A DNA stretch of 62,996 bases, filler included, from Folioceros fuciformis (GCA_049999805.1; 16 parts of 16 records of this genome joined end to end with filler, not necessarily neighbours in it), one strand, 5' to 3'; positions 1 to 12,231 are shown, counted from the whole stretch's first letter. Notes: generated by a model not told the origin, from the letters alone. Program-made: numbers and translations.

Positions 1-448
1 TGTTATTATAATAATATACAAGATAATATTCAATTATTTACAAGCCTAATTTAGATTTATTTAAGGGATATTTATTTTTAATTATATATATTAAAAATAA
101 AAAATAAAAATGTATCATAGTACATGTCATAACTGAAGAAGTTTGATAGAATGCTGCATGTGAACTTGTTGTGCAAATCGATAACAAGCAAGTTTATGAG
201 TCTTGGCTAGCAAGAGCGTGGTCCAGATAAAGCTGTGGTGTTTTGATGAAAAGCCAGTCGTTAAATGAAAAGTTATCGTGGAAGAATGGTTGGCAGGCAT
301 ACTTATTCTGGTAGTTAACTTTGTAAACAGTTTGCATTGTTGAGAATGCTCACCCCAATAGTTGGCAACGGAATGTTACAAATATATAGGGGTTGGAACA
401 AGTGGAAGAGCATTCTTTTGACAGTTCACTTAAAAAGCTCAGTGCCAA

Positions 449-890
449 TAGACAATCAACAAATCTTGACAATATAGATTGATTATGAAGCAAGCTTGAG
501 CCCGTAGACAATCAACAAATCTTGACAGTACAGACTGATCATGAAGCAAGCTTCAGCTAGTAGACAATCAACAAATCTTGACAATACAGACTGATCATGA
601 AGCAAGCTTCAGCTAGTAGACAATCAACAAATCTTGACAGTACAGACTGATCATGAAGCAAGCTTCAGCTAGTAGACAATCAACAAATCTTGACAATACA
701 GACTGATCATGAAGCAAGCTTGAGCTAGTAGACAATCAACAAATCTTGATACTACAAATTGATCATGAAGCAAGCTTGAGCCAGTAGACAATCAAAAAAT
801 CTTGACAGCACAAACTGATCATGAAACAAGCTTGAGCTAGCAGACAATCAACAAATCTTGATAATATAAGCTGATTATGAGGCAAGCTTG
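449..890. repeat. Tandem repeat, 56-bp unit, about 8 copies
   Basis: Unit TAGACAATCAACAAATCTTGACA...CATGAAGCAAGCTTCAGCTAG starts at 449, 505, 561, 617, 673, 729, 785 and 841. Confidence 0.95.
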
Positions 891-1087
891 TAGCGGACTG
901 AACAATTGAATCAAAGCTTTTATGTTACAAATTTGCATCTTCATGTTTCATCACACATGAGAAGGTTGCAATGACGTGGCATAGGAGTAGTTTGATTGAC
1001 CTTATGAAACTTGACGATGATGACCCTAGAACATGTTTGTACTACTTACATCGAGGGAGATGGAGCAGAGAAGTTGCTCCTTTCGCC

Positions 1088-1524
1088 GATCTCGTGTAAA
1101 GTGAACCACCAAAGAGTGGAAGGATTATCAATAGCCTTGGGATCTCGTGTAAAGTGAACCACCAAAGAGTGGAAGGATTATCAATAGCCTTGGGATCTCG
1201 TGTAAAGTGAACCACCAAAGAGTGGAAGGATTATCAATAGCCTTGGGATCTCGTGTAAAGTGAACCACCAAAGAGTGGAAGGATTATCAATAGNNNNNNN
1301 NNNNNNNNNNNNNNNNNNNNNNNNNNNNNNNNNNNNNNNNNNNNNNNNNNNNNNNNNNNNNNNNNNNNNNNNNNNNNNNNNNNNNNNNNNNNNGCAAGAT
1401 GGGGAGGAAGCACCCAAGGGGAGGCATTTGTGTATTAAAAGTTGTGATCACCCATTCGCTACTTCTTTCATTGATCTCATGTGAAGTGAACCACCAAAGA
1501 GTGGAAGGATGATTAGTAGCCTTG
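1088..1524. repeat. Tandem repeat, 53-bp unit (at least 4 copies, runs into an N gap)
   Basis: GATCTCGTGTAAAGTGAACCACCAAAGAGTGGAAGGATTATCAATAGCCTTGG at 1088, 1141, 1194 and 1247, with a diverged copy near 1473. Confidence 0.93.
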
Positions 1525-2310
1525 GTGTGCACGATGGAGAGAGGCACCCAAGGAGAGGCATCTATGTGCATTGTTACTAAAATATACGCGTATATCATTT
1601 AGGGGTTGGCCACCTCGTATATGTACGAATCTATGTTAAGTCCAAAGTATGCTAAATTTAGACAGTCTTGAGGTTAAAGAGATTCAGATGTTGAGAGGCA
1701 AGATATTTTTAGACATGACCTACATGAATATACTTAAATCAATTTTAAATATTTTATTCTCAATAAAACACTAAATGGTACTCAATGCCCTACTCCCAAC
1801 AAGGCACATTTAGCGAGGGTCAACTGTATATGCCTCTATGGATGAAAGCGAAGGTGATGCAAATGAATGCTTTGCTTTGAGAGCCAAGGAACCCCATGCT
1901 TCCATATAAGGCTTCATGAGTATGCATGCATATGGAAAAGGTAATGGGAATATGGACATTCGAGTAGTCATTGGCAGAACATATGACATAGTGGACCATT
2001 TGTAGAATGAGAGAAACAATAGGCACAATAGATGTGCATTGGCTGATCTTTCACAAAAGAGGCCGCTAAGGAGCCTTTTATTGGTAGAATTATATATATC
2101 CAGCATTAATAAATAGTAAATCATATTTAGATGGGAACCGGTAGATTCCTAGCGACATACACAAGGGTCGGCGACCTTAAACTAATCGCCGTACCTTCAC
2201 ACTCACAGGACACAATCGTTCAGTCTTTTTTAAGGCCACACGGCCAAAGTAATGATTATCATTCTACATCTTCTTGCTTGCTCTCGCTTCCACCTCGATC
2301 CTAATTTATA

Positions 2311-2322
2311 TGGTATCAGAGC
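2311..2322 (+). promoter_or_regulatory. Primer-binding site (tRNA-iMet)
   Basis: TGGTATCAGAGC, complementary to the 3' end of plant initiator Met tRNA, upstream of gag. Confidence 0.9.
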
Positions 2323-2326
2323 GGTA

Positions 2327-3256
2327 ATGGAGGATGTGTCGCCACCGCGCAAGAGCAACATCTGCAAGAGTTTGAAGTGCATTAGAAATTTGAGCCTCGA
2401 AGAATTTCATGCAGCAATCTCTGCACTCCGAGTATCTCTTACCTGATTTGGCGCAATGGCCGACGCCTTTCTTGCAAGCGCCGTCAATCACTACTACGAC
2501 TGACTGCGCGCGATGCCGAGAGCGCGAGGTAGAGCCACGCATTTGCCTGTAGACCCCTTTCTTGGCTGTCGCAGTGTGCCAGAGGACGTGCACGACCAGA
2601 ATCTTCACCGGTTCTTTGCAACACATTGCAATTTCAACCCCCTGTACACGCACATAGATCACAGGCGTCAGCATAGGCGTCAGGATAGGCGTCGCACAAC
2701 TCAATTCCGTCAGCGACACCTGAAACCAGATCCTCTTGCTGTCCTTAGATGCCAAGGTCGACAGAATATCCAGAACGCACGCATAATTTCTGAACAGTGA
2801 GCACGCGAGCTTGCACGTTCTAAGTCTTATGATTTCACAGCATTTACCGCACCAGGTTATGACTCCGTGGCAGGATTGTCGGGTCTGATTGAGGCACACA
2901 CAGCCAGAGTGGATGCACTGTTGCGAAATCACTCAGAACAAGTTCGCCAGCGCTTTGTGCACCTGTCCAGTGAAATCACATGTCTTAGTACACACATTAG
3001 GACCCTTTCTGGGCACGTCAAGAATTTGCTGCAGATTTCCTTGAAGAATTCTAATCTGGATTTTACCTCAGAAGGCGCAACGCCCACCCCGGTTCATATC
3101 TCGGACGCACTGATTCAAATTCCATTCGCACCTGTTCAGACCTCGCAGCAAGAACAAGAGCAAGACACACAGCTTATGAAGATGATTCAGGCCATGCTTC
3201 TGTGCAGTACCAGGCAACCAAGATCACTTGAGCCTGAACCAGCTGGAGCCTTGTAA
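2327..3256 (+). pseudogene. Extra ORF (about 310 codons) between PBS and gag, function unknown
   Basis: One frame runs from ATG 2327 to TAA 3256, broken only by three TGA codons (2444, 2501, 2798). Track ORFs 2252, 2513 and 2867 share this frame. Confidence 0.6.
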
Positions 3257-3264
3257 GACTGTAC

Positions 3265-5761
3265 ATGCCAAGGGGCAAAAGTCGCGGTAGAAGAAGAGGC
3301 AACTCACCTTCACCTGATTTCTCAGATCCACTCTCTCTCTTTGCTACTTCATCTTCACAAGGTAGTAGCACTTCTAGAGTAGATCCAGCCCTTGATCGCA
3401 TTCAGCGAGCACGTCACAGGAAGGCACTAGCAGATGCACGTAAGAAGCAAGCTGAGTTAGTAGCAGCTACCCTTGCAAATTAGATCATAGTAAACATGGT
3501 CACTCCAGTTATTACCAACCTGAAGATAGATTTCAAGGAAAAGGACCGCTTCTCAGGGTCCCAGTTTGATATTTGGTCACTTAGAGTCCAGACAATTCTA
3601 AAAGAGAATGGCCTGTGGGGAGTTGTCACGGGAACCGTACCTAAACCAACTGGACCCACTGTGACCGCTACACAAGTAGAAGCTTGGGAGAAACTGGACC
3701 TGAGAGCACTTAGAGTGATCCAGTCCGCATTGGATGGATCAATGATGTCTCATACACAAGATGTGGAGAATACAAAAGAAGCTTGGGACTCACTCACACA
3801 TACATATCAAGTAAGCAACGGCTCATCGCTGGTTGGAGCTACAAGAGCGTTCTATACTTGTAAAATGCGTGAGAATGAACCAGTGGATCACATGTGGTGA
3901 AGTTTCGACAGTTACGATCGAAGCTTACCTCAAGTGGGACGAGGACCACGGAGATGCAGGCAGCAGTTGCCCTCCTTCTCTCTCTTCCTCCCAGCTACCG
4001 CACATTTGTAAGCAACCAGAGTTCTGCTTTGCGCCATGCAGCCCAGAATGCTCAGCCAGGCCAGCAACCTGATATTACATTGGCGGATATAATTGGAGCT
4101 CTTCTCGAGGAAGAGTCAACCCGAACTGTGAACCAAGGTGGCACCTCCCGAGGAGAATCTTCAACCAGGGCATTGTATGCGAACAGGGGTCCTAAAAGAT
4201 TTCCACCAAGGCAGTCCTGGACTCCAAATCTTAACACTGGTTATAAAAAGCGTCCACCACAAGCACAATCAGCCAAAAAGAAGGGACCCTGCAATTGGTG
4301 TCTCATACCTGGCCATTGGGAAGTTGATTGTCGTAAAACGAAGGCAGGCGAGCCAAGACGAACTGCACCATCACCAGCATCAAATGTCGTACAGCGTAAG
4401 GGAAACACCATTTTAGCTGTATGCATGGTCTCAACTGCGTCGAATAAACACGTCTGGTTTATAGACTCAGGTGCGTCTGCTCACATCTGTCATTGCAAGC
4501 AGTCCTTTACTGAGTATAGGGCTGTTCCACCCGGTCAATTTGTTCTTCTTGGAGATGACAGTGGCCTACACATAGAGGGCACCGGGTCAGTGCCAGTTAT
4601 GTTGAGTAACAACACCACCTTGGTGTTGGAAGATGTGTTGCACGTACCTTCTATGGTCAAGAATCTTGTGTCAGTTCGTAAGCTGACCACACAGCACACT
4701 CTGAATGTCTCCTTCACGGGTCTCAAGTGTCAAGTCATTGACCCTACAAACAAGAACAAGGTGTTAGCTATAGGAGAACCTTTCCATGATTTATATCAAC
4801 TCAACATTAACTCTAAGCATGGTCTCCCACTTACACGTGCACAAGTCCACGTCAGTCAAGAGACCAAGAACAATGATGCAGCTATGCTATGGCACTGTCG
4901 GCTGGGCCATGCCAACTTCGACAAAATGAAGACAATGATAGCCAGCAATACACTTTACCGAGAGAAGTTTATGCTCCAGTTTGCAGAGAAGCAGTTCTGT
5001 GAAGCATGCGTATTTGGGAAGCACCAACGTAGTCCATACACAGATGACAACCCAACAAGAGCTACGAAGCTACTTGAAGTTGGTCATACTGACCTATGTG
5101 GTCCCATGTCAACTGCAACCTTGGGAGGTGCACTATACATTCTTTCCTTCATTGACGATTGGAGTAGGTATGTAGTAGTGTACCTTCTGAGGCATAAGAG
5201 CCAAACACTTAGCTGCTTCAAGGAGTATGTGTCTTTTGCCCAGAGGCAAACTGGAGAGCAGCTGAAGACCCTGCGCAGTGACAATGGTGGAGAATTTATT
5301 TCAGGCGCATTCCAGGATTATTGCAAAGAACTTGGAATACATAGGCAGCTCACTGTACCGTATACTTCTTCTCAGAATCCCTTGGCCAAGCTGAACAACA
5401 AACACCTTCAGTCAGCAGCCAAGGCTATGCTTAAAGTGTCAGGCCTCACACGGGGTTATTGGGGTGAGGCTGTAGGAACAGCAGCGTATATCAGAAATCG
5501 ACTGCCTACCAAAGCTTTTATTGGAGCTACACCATTTGAGAGATGGACTACTCACAAGCCGTGAATTAATCACCTGCGAATCTTCGGTTCCCCAGCATAT
5601 GCTCACCTTGCAGAGAAACAAAGAGTGAAGTTAGATTATAAAGCAAGAAAGTATGTCTTTGTGGGGTATACTGAAGGAATAAAAGGCTATAAGCTGCTAG
5701 ATCCACAAACTAGAACAACTATCCATGCCCGAAGTGTAGTATTTAATGAAAAAATGCTACT
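3265..5761 (+). pseudogene. Copia gag-pol polyprotein (gag, Zn knuckle, protease, integrase), disrupted
   Basis: ORF 3265 is in frame with gag 3496 across TAG 3481. There is a frameshift near 3890 and a TGA at 5562. The frame then continues with NHLRIFGSPAY...KLDYKARKYVFVGY. Confidence 0.92.
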
Positions 5762-5861
5762 NNNNNNNNNNNNNNNNNNNNNNNNNNNNNNNNNNNNNNN
5801 NNNNNTTAATTAATTAANNNNNNNNNNNNNNNNNNNNNNNNNNNNNNNNNNNNNNNNNNNN
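5762..5861. other. Artificial scaffold-concatenation spacer (first of 15)
   Basis: N44-TTAATTAATTAA-N44, which puts stops in all six frames. The 12-mer recurs at 5806, 7170, 9054, 10528, 12276, 13596, 14896, 16288, 18242, 19372, 22193, 24229, 36786, 52590 and 58607. Confidence 0.97.
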
Positions 5862-7125
5862 AGAAATAAGAGTAAGACACACTGTACTGTTCCGCTCGTT
5901 GCATTTGCTGCTTGTACTCCATAAAAATTTCCTCTTTTATGTACGAGTCGGGAAGATGGTACACTTCAATGTTTGGCATGCGTTCTGCAAGGAGGCAAAA
6001 TAATTGATCCATCCAAACACATGCAGCCATTGTGTGGTCCCGGGTGCGGTTTTCTCCATGGACAAAGCCCACCCACATAATGTTATTCAAAGCTCTTTCT
6101 TTTGCTGCCTCGTACCTGTTCGCACCGATACAGAAAACTCGTCTACAGGCATCCCGACAACAGCGTATCTTAACAGATCCAATGAGAAAAGCCACCGCTG
6201 TCGAGCGTCCATCTGAAGTACGCTTGACTTCAAACAGGGTCTGCAAAAACATTTCTTGCTCTGTCCTGCACAAGTTTAGAAATTGGTATCTCAAATCCCG
6301 CAAGCCTGGTTTACCTACGGATCTAAGACACTGCTTTGCACAACATAGTCTGCGGTAATCTGCAAAAATGCGGATCTCAGAGCACTTTTCCTCATGTACA
6401 GTCGAGATTTTTTTCTTCCGACTGCGTCCATGATCTCCAGGAACTTCAATCAAGGACTCGGATGATGGTTTCAGATTGTATGTTTTTCNNNNNNNNNNAG
6501 AAATAAGAGTAAGACACACTGTACTGTTCCGCTCGTTGCATTTGCTGCTTGTACTCCATAAAAATTTCCTCTTTTATGTACGAGTCGGGAAGATGGTACA
6601 CTTCAATGTTTGGCATGCGTTCTGCAAGGAGGCAAAATAATTGATCCATCCAAACACATGCAGCCATTGTGTGGTCCCGGGTGCGGTTTTCTCCATGGAC
6701 AAAGCCCACCCACATAATGTTATTCAAAGCTCTTTCTTTTGCTGCCTCGTACCTGTTCGCACCGATACAGAAAACTCGTCTACAGGCATCCCGACAACAG
6801 CGTATCTTAACAGATCCAATGAGAAAAGCCACCGCTGTCGAGCGTCCATCTGAAGTACGCTTGACTTCAAACAGGGTCTGCAAAAACATTTCTTGCTCTG
6901 TCCTGCACAAGTTTAGAAATTGGTATCTCAAATCCCGCAAGCCTGGTTTACCTACGGATCTAAGACACTGCTTTGCACAACATAGTCTGCGGTAATCTGC
7001 AAAAATGCGGATCTCAGAGCACTTTTCCTCATGTACAGTCGAGATTTTTTTCTTCCGACTGCGTCCATGATCTCCAGGAACTTCAATCAAGGACTCGGAT
7101 GATGGTTTCAGATTGTATGTTTTTC
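5862..7125 (-). mobile_element. Fragment of a Cys-rich putative DNA-transposase N-terminal region (DUF7869/Sola-like); 627-bp contig duplicated
   Basis: Open minus frame CCAKQCL...LCRTEQEMFL...CCRDACRRVFCIG...YHLPDSYIKEEIFMEY...VSYSYF resembles DUF7869-type proteins. Copies 5862-6488 and 6499-7125 are identical. Confidence 0.5.
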
Positions 7126-7225
7126 NNNNNNNNNNNNNNNNNNNNNNNNNNNNNNNNNNNNNNNNNNNNTTAATTAATTAANNNNNNNNNNNNNNNNNNN
7201 NNNNNNNNNNNNNNNNNNNNNNNNN

Positions 7226-9009
7226 CAGATGCCTTTTCTTGGCATCGTGCCACCGCTACATAAGACCGTGTCTATTCTGCAATTTATAAAATTGGAAATA
7301 ATCCATATTTCAAGAACCTCAATTCTTTGAGGCTCTACATCAAGAGATCAAGCTGAAAGACACAGATCAGAGATGGCTTTGATACCATGTATATATATAT
7401 TAAATGTGATCTACACACACGATGTCTAGGAAGAATAATATAAAAGTAGGTTCTAATCCTCACATAAGTATCAAAGTAGTGCTGGGCAGTGGTAACTGCC
7501 AAACTAACCTAACTACCTAAGGTGCTAGCCCTAAGCATAGCAATGTATAATAATTACTCAACATCCTGCCTCTCTCACATTCAACACCTATCATGGTGTG
7601 AGACTTGTGTCATTGCTAAGAGATATCAAGCTCCCTTTAAGAACCCCTCTCCACACAGGGAGACATGTCGTCTAGAGATTTTTCATACAGACATTTGTGG
7701 CCCTATCTCTACACCTTCATTTAGTGGTAGCAGATATTTTATGACCTTCATCGACGACTACTCTAGGTTTACTCTCACCTACATTTTAAGTCATAAAGGA
7801 GATGTTTATCGTTATTTCCAAGACTATATGGTATGGGCAAAGAGATTGACGGAGAAGAAACTCAAAACCTTACGTTCCAACAACGGTGGCGAGTTTACCT
7901 CCAAAAAATTTGAGGATTTTTGTCGCCTTCGCGGTATTGCTCAACAACTCAATGTTGTTTATACTCCTCAACAAAATGGCGTAGTAGAGAATAAGAATCT
8001 ACGCCCTTCAAGAGATTACTGGCTGCTTGTTGAATCAAGCAAAGTTACCCAAAGTGTATTGGGCCGAGGCACTCCTCATAGCCACATATCTCATGAATCG
8101 ACTGCCCACTTCNNNNNNNNNNCAGATGCCTTTTCTTGGCATCGTGCCACCGCTACATAAGACCGTGTCTATTCTGCAATTTATAAAATTGGAAATAATC
8201 CATATTTCAAGAACCTCAATTCTTTGAGGCTCTACATCAAGAGATCAAGCTGAAAGACACAGATCAGAGATGGCTTTGATACCATGTATATATATATTAA
8301 ATGTGATCTACACACACGATGTCTAGGAAGAATAATATAAAAGTAGGTTCTAATCCTCACATAAGTATCAAAGTAGTGCTGGGCAGTGGTAACTGCCAAA
8401 CTAACCTAACTACCTAAGGTGCTAGCCCTAAGCATAGCAATGTATAATAATTACTCAACATCCTGCCTCTCTCACATTCAACACCTATCATGGTGTGAGA
8501 CTTGTGTCATTGCTAAGAGATATCAAGCTCCCTTTAAGAACCCCTCTCCACACAGGGAGACATGTCGTCTAGAGATTTTTCATACAGACATTTGTGGCCC
8601 TATCTCTACACCTTCATTTAGTGGTAGCAGATATTTTATGACCTTCATCGACGACTACTCTAGGTTTACTCTCACCTACATTTTAAGTCATAAAGGAGAT
8701 GTTTATCGTTATTTCCAAGACTATATGGTATGGGCAAAGAGATTGACGGAGAAGAAACTCAAAACCTTACGTTCCAACAACGGTGGCGAGTTTACCTCCA
8801 AAAAATTTGAGGATTTTTGTCGCCTTCGCGGTATTGCTCAACAACTCAATGTTGTTTATACTCCTCAACAAAATGGCGTAGTAGAGAATAAGAATCTACG
8901 CCCTTCAAGAGATTACTGGCTGCTTGTTGAATCAAGCAAAGTTACCCAAAGTGTATTGGGCCGAGGCACTCCTCATAGCCACATATCTCATGAATCGACT
9001 GCCCACTTC
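7226..9009 (+). mobile_element. Copia integrase fragment with an opposite-strand LTR element inserted; 887-bp contig duplicated
   Basis: Integrase motifs CETC, HTDICGP, FIDDYSR and LRSNNGGEF are present. A minus-strand TG...CA LTR lies at 7563-7388, followed by PBS TGGTATCAAAGC (7387-7376). Copies are 7226-8112 and 8123-9009. Confidence 0.88.
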
Positions 9010-9109
9010 NNNNNNNNNNNNNNNNNNNNNNNNNNNNNNNNNNNNNNNNNNNNTTAATTAATTAANNNNNNNNNNNNNNNNNNNNNNNNNNNNNNNNNNN
9101 NNNNNNNNN

Positions 9110-9505
9110 CGTCGAGATGCGCTTGATCGTGGTGGCCGGCACGGCAAGACGAGCGTGCACCGCGGCACCCACCCGCTGCCGTGTCACGACCGACAGCATC
9201 GACCGCGCCCCCAGGCCTGCAACGTTCACGTCCGGGGTGATCTCCGCGATCCGCGCATCGGCGACACGAGCCACGTTCATGCCGCGCAGCGAGTCCATGA
9301 CCGCTTCGGAGAGCCGCGACCCGTGCGCGACGGGATTCGCGACGATATGGATCACATCCGGATCCCCGATTTTCACTCGAGGCGAGGACCGCAGCATGCC
9401 TGCGGCGAGGACGCCAATGCCGATAAGACCGCGAGTGGCCGGACGGTACAGCGAGACGTGATCTCCGAGCGCGAGAGAGTCGATGATCTCGTCAGCGTTG
9501 TCCAT
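9110..9505 (-). CDS. Hypothetical bacterial-type protein, 5' part (MDNADEIIDSLALGDHV...)
   Basis: Open frame with high GC3, starting about 40 bp after the stop of the preceding ORF. Second copy at 9802-10197. Confidence 0.5.
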
Positions 9506-9545
9506 CCGGCCACTCTAGTTTCGTTCTGGCGTTCTGGCATATCGG

Positions 9546-9791
9546 TTAGCGGATTCGTGTCAGCATGACGCCAAGCACCGCGATGTCAGCCGCGTAGGTG
9601 TCCCCCGCGACGGCGCCCGCACGGATGATCCGCGCTTGAAACGGAGTAGAGGTCGGCACGAGGAACTGCATCATCGGGGACGAGACCACCTGATTCGCGA
9701 CACCAGGCACCGTGTACGGTGTCACCGCGTTCCCCGTCTGCGAGGAGCCCGCGACGCTCCCCGTGACGAGGGGTGTGTTCAGGTACTGCAG
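9546..9791 (-). CDS. Hypothetical bacterial/phage-type protein, 3' end (...DTYAADIAVLGVMLTRIR*)
   Basis: Open Thr/Gly/Val/Ala-rich frame with high GC3 and a stop at 9546. Second copy at 10238-10483. Confidence 0.45.
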   Translation of the reverse strand: MQYLNTPLVTGSVAGSSQTGNAVTPYTVPGVANQVVSSPMMQFLVPTSTPFQARIIRAGAVAGDTYAADIAVLGVMLTRIR

Positions 9792-10899
9792 NNNNNNNNN
9801 NCGTCGAGATGCGCTTGATCGTGGTGGCCGGCACGGCAAGACGAGCGTGCACCGCGGCACCCACCCGCTGCCGTGTCACGACCGACAGCATCGACCGCGC
9901 CCCCAGGCCTGCAACGTTCACGTCCGGGGTGATCTCCGCGATCCGCGCATCGGCGACACGAGCCACGTTCATGCCGCGCAGCGAGTCCATGACCGCTTCG
10001 GAGAGCCGCGACCCGTGCGCGACGGGATTCGCGACGATATGGATCACATCCGGATCCCCGATTTTCACTCGAGGCGAGGACCGCAGCATGCCTGCGGCGA
10101 GGACGCCAATGCCGATAAGACCGCGAGTGGCCGGACGGTACAGCGAGACGTGATCTCCGAGCGCGAGAGAGTCGATGATCTCGTCAGCGTTGTCCATCCG
10201 GCCACTCTAGTTTCGTTCTGGCGTTCTGGCATATCGGTTAGCGGATTCGTGTCAGCATGACGCCAAGCACCGCGATGTCAGCCGCGTAGGTGTCCCCCGC
10301 GACGGCGCCCGCACGGATGATCCGCGCTTGAAACGGAGTAGAGGTCGGCACGAGGAACTGCATCATCGGGGACGAGACCACCTGATTCGCGACACCAGGC
10401 ACCGTGTACGGTGTCACCGCGTTCCCCGTCTGCGAGGAGCCCGCGACGCTCCCCGTGACGAGGGGTGTGTTCAGGTACTGCAGNNNNNNNNNNNNNNNNN
10501 NNNNNNNNNNNNNNNNNNNNNNNNNNNTTAATTAATTAANNNNNNNNNNNNNNNNNNNNNNNNNNNNNNNNNNNNNNNNNNNNAGGGGAGCGATAGACGT
10601 AGCTGACCAGGCTCAGAGGCGAGCGATTCCGGGGAAACCTACAACGACCGTGGGATTGATGTGGCCACGATACATGTGAGCGGGTGCCTGGTAGGGATAC
10701 CATGCCCGCTTGCCCACACCAGAAACTAGCCAAAATTGCAGGTTACCAACAATAAAACTTTTTGATCTTATCTAGTTCCACGGTTGGTCTGACACTACCG
10801 CCTGCATGTAAACGGAATGATATTTTTTGAAATTGGAATTACTTGAAACTGTGAAATGTTAAAGCTTTTTCAATAACATTCATTTAACCCTGGACGGTA

Positions 10900-10960
10900 G
10901 GAGTGCGCCGGTCTACCGGCACGAAGACAGCAGAAGGGCGCCGGTAGACCGGCGCACTCC
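10900..10960. repeat. Inverted repeat built from the GGAGTGCGCCGGTCTACCGGC motif
   Basis: GGAGTGCGCCGGTCTACCGGC (10900-10920) pairs with GCCGGTAGACCGGCGCACTCC (10940-10960). Confidence 0.9.
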
Positions 10961-11207
10961 TTCCGGTGAAGGGATGAGTAGCAGGTGAACACCCAGATCG
11001 GGTTTGGGGAAAGTGCATCAGAACTATTCAAAATGAGTTAGGGTTAGGCGAGCGCATAGTTAGGGCGAGGTAGCCTTTCTCTATGCGCACCCCCACAAGG
11101 GTGCTTATGAATAGCCAACCACAGCTCTTTGCCAACAGTGTTCATATATATAAAGTGTGGAATACATGAAAGTACTTAATCGGTATAGTCTACGTTTCAT
11201 CAAGTAG

Positions 11208-12231
11208 TCATGCGAGGTCGTCATCAAGTTCATGTACATGGTTTTCTTGATCTTGCCTAAGCATGTACAAGTTCTTTCTGATAAGGTTTCGAGTGCGAGC
11301 GTGCNNNNNNNNNNNNNNNNNNNNNNNNNNNNNNNNNNNNNNNNNNNNNNNNNNNNNNNNNNNNNNNNNNNNNNNNNNNNNNNNNNNNNNNNNNNNNNNN
11401 NNNNCTTCTGCGTGTCCAGCACTTTCGCGATCCAAAAAGGCCTGTTGTCTATGTCTGTCTCGCATGGGACAACAATCATGTGCCCTACTTCGATCTCTGA
11501 TACATCTCCACTGAAGCTGTCAACATCGTTCCCAACGTGTGCATCTTTTCTATACGGCCCCATATACATATCTCTTCTAGGAACTTCTCGTATTCGTGGG
11601 TTTTCCAACACCAAAGCATCTGGCACGAGTAATGGGGTGTTTACCAACTCTGTCTCGTCGCGATTATACCATCGTCATGGCCAGTCATAGTCTCGCTCTA
11701 CACCCGAATTAATAATTTGAACGATGGCCTCTTGCTCGGCCCAAAATGAATCCCCCCAGATGTCTTTGCCCACACCTAAGTGCTAACGTAATTTGAACTC
11801 CAATCTTGATCGAATCTGGCACATATTATATCCTGGGACATCGTTTGAAATACTCTTTTGTTTCCTACTCCTCACCTGCAGATGCATCAGTGGAGCGGCT
11901 TTCATATTCCTCTTCGGAACTACTTTCAGGAGTTCTATCCCTTCATCAGGCGATCAGTATTGATCAGTGGAATAATGTTTTCCTCTCATAACTGTAATAG
12001 GTCCACGATCTCCGTGACTCTCTTTTGTGATCTTGAACTGGTGTTGAAACGATATATTATGCAGTTGATGAACCGCTGCAACACTCTGATATCCTGCTTT
12101 CCCATAGGGTATAGGCCAAACAAACTTTCTGAAGTCTGGAACCTCCTTCACCTCTTCAACGTCTAGCACACGGGTATAAGCGCCCTGCATAACTGCAATC
12201 AATTTTGGTAAAGTCAAAGCTTCTTTCCGAC
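11208..12231 (-). pseudogene. Degenerate C-terminal region of a DUF7869-type putative transposase
   Basis: EALTLPKLIAVMQGAYT...VPDFRKFV...LHNISFQHQFKI...KHYSTD, continuing through in-frame stops to RPFWIAKV. Confidence 0.45.

Larger units (their letters stand above)
1..5761 (+). mobile_element. Ty1/copia LTR retrotransposon, 5' part (LTR region, PBS, extra ORF, gag-PR-IN), truncated by scaffold end
   Basis: Starts with TG and has a tRNA-iMet PBS TGGTATCAGAGC at 2311-2322. Downstream come gag, a Zn knuckle CNWCLIPGHWEVDC, protease WFIDSGAS, WHCRLGH and the integrase motifs HTDLCGP/FIDDWSR/LRSDNGGEF, in copia order. Confidence 0.93.
9110..10483 (-). other. GC-rich bacterial/phage-like contig (682 bp, duplicated), probable contaminant or associated microbe
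   Basis: Very CpG-rich, unlike the flanking plant repeats. It has two closely spaced intronless minus-strand ORFs with G/C-ending codons. Copies are 9110-9791 and 9802-10483. Confidence 0.7.

Noticed and set aside
2306-2932. 208-aa minus-strand ORF
   Set aside because: No recognisable features; it overlaps the better-supported plus-strand frame.
3885-3900. Programmed gag-pol frameshift
   Set aside because: It lies inside gag and is explained by a 2-bp CA duplication (GATCACATGTG); no slippery site.
5806-5817. TTAATTAATTAA as a biological motif
   Set aside because: Always centred in a 100-nt N block, so it is an artificial linker.
9117-9568. Plus-strand ORFs in the GC-rich contig
   Set aside because: Arg/Ser/Thr-rich composition typical of shadow frames; the minus-strand frames have the coding-like bias.
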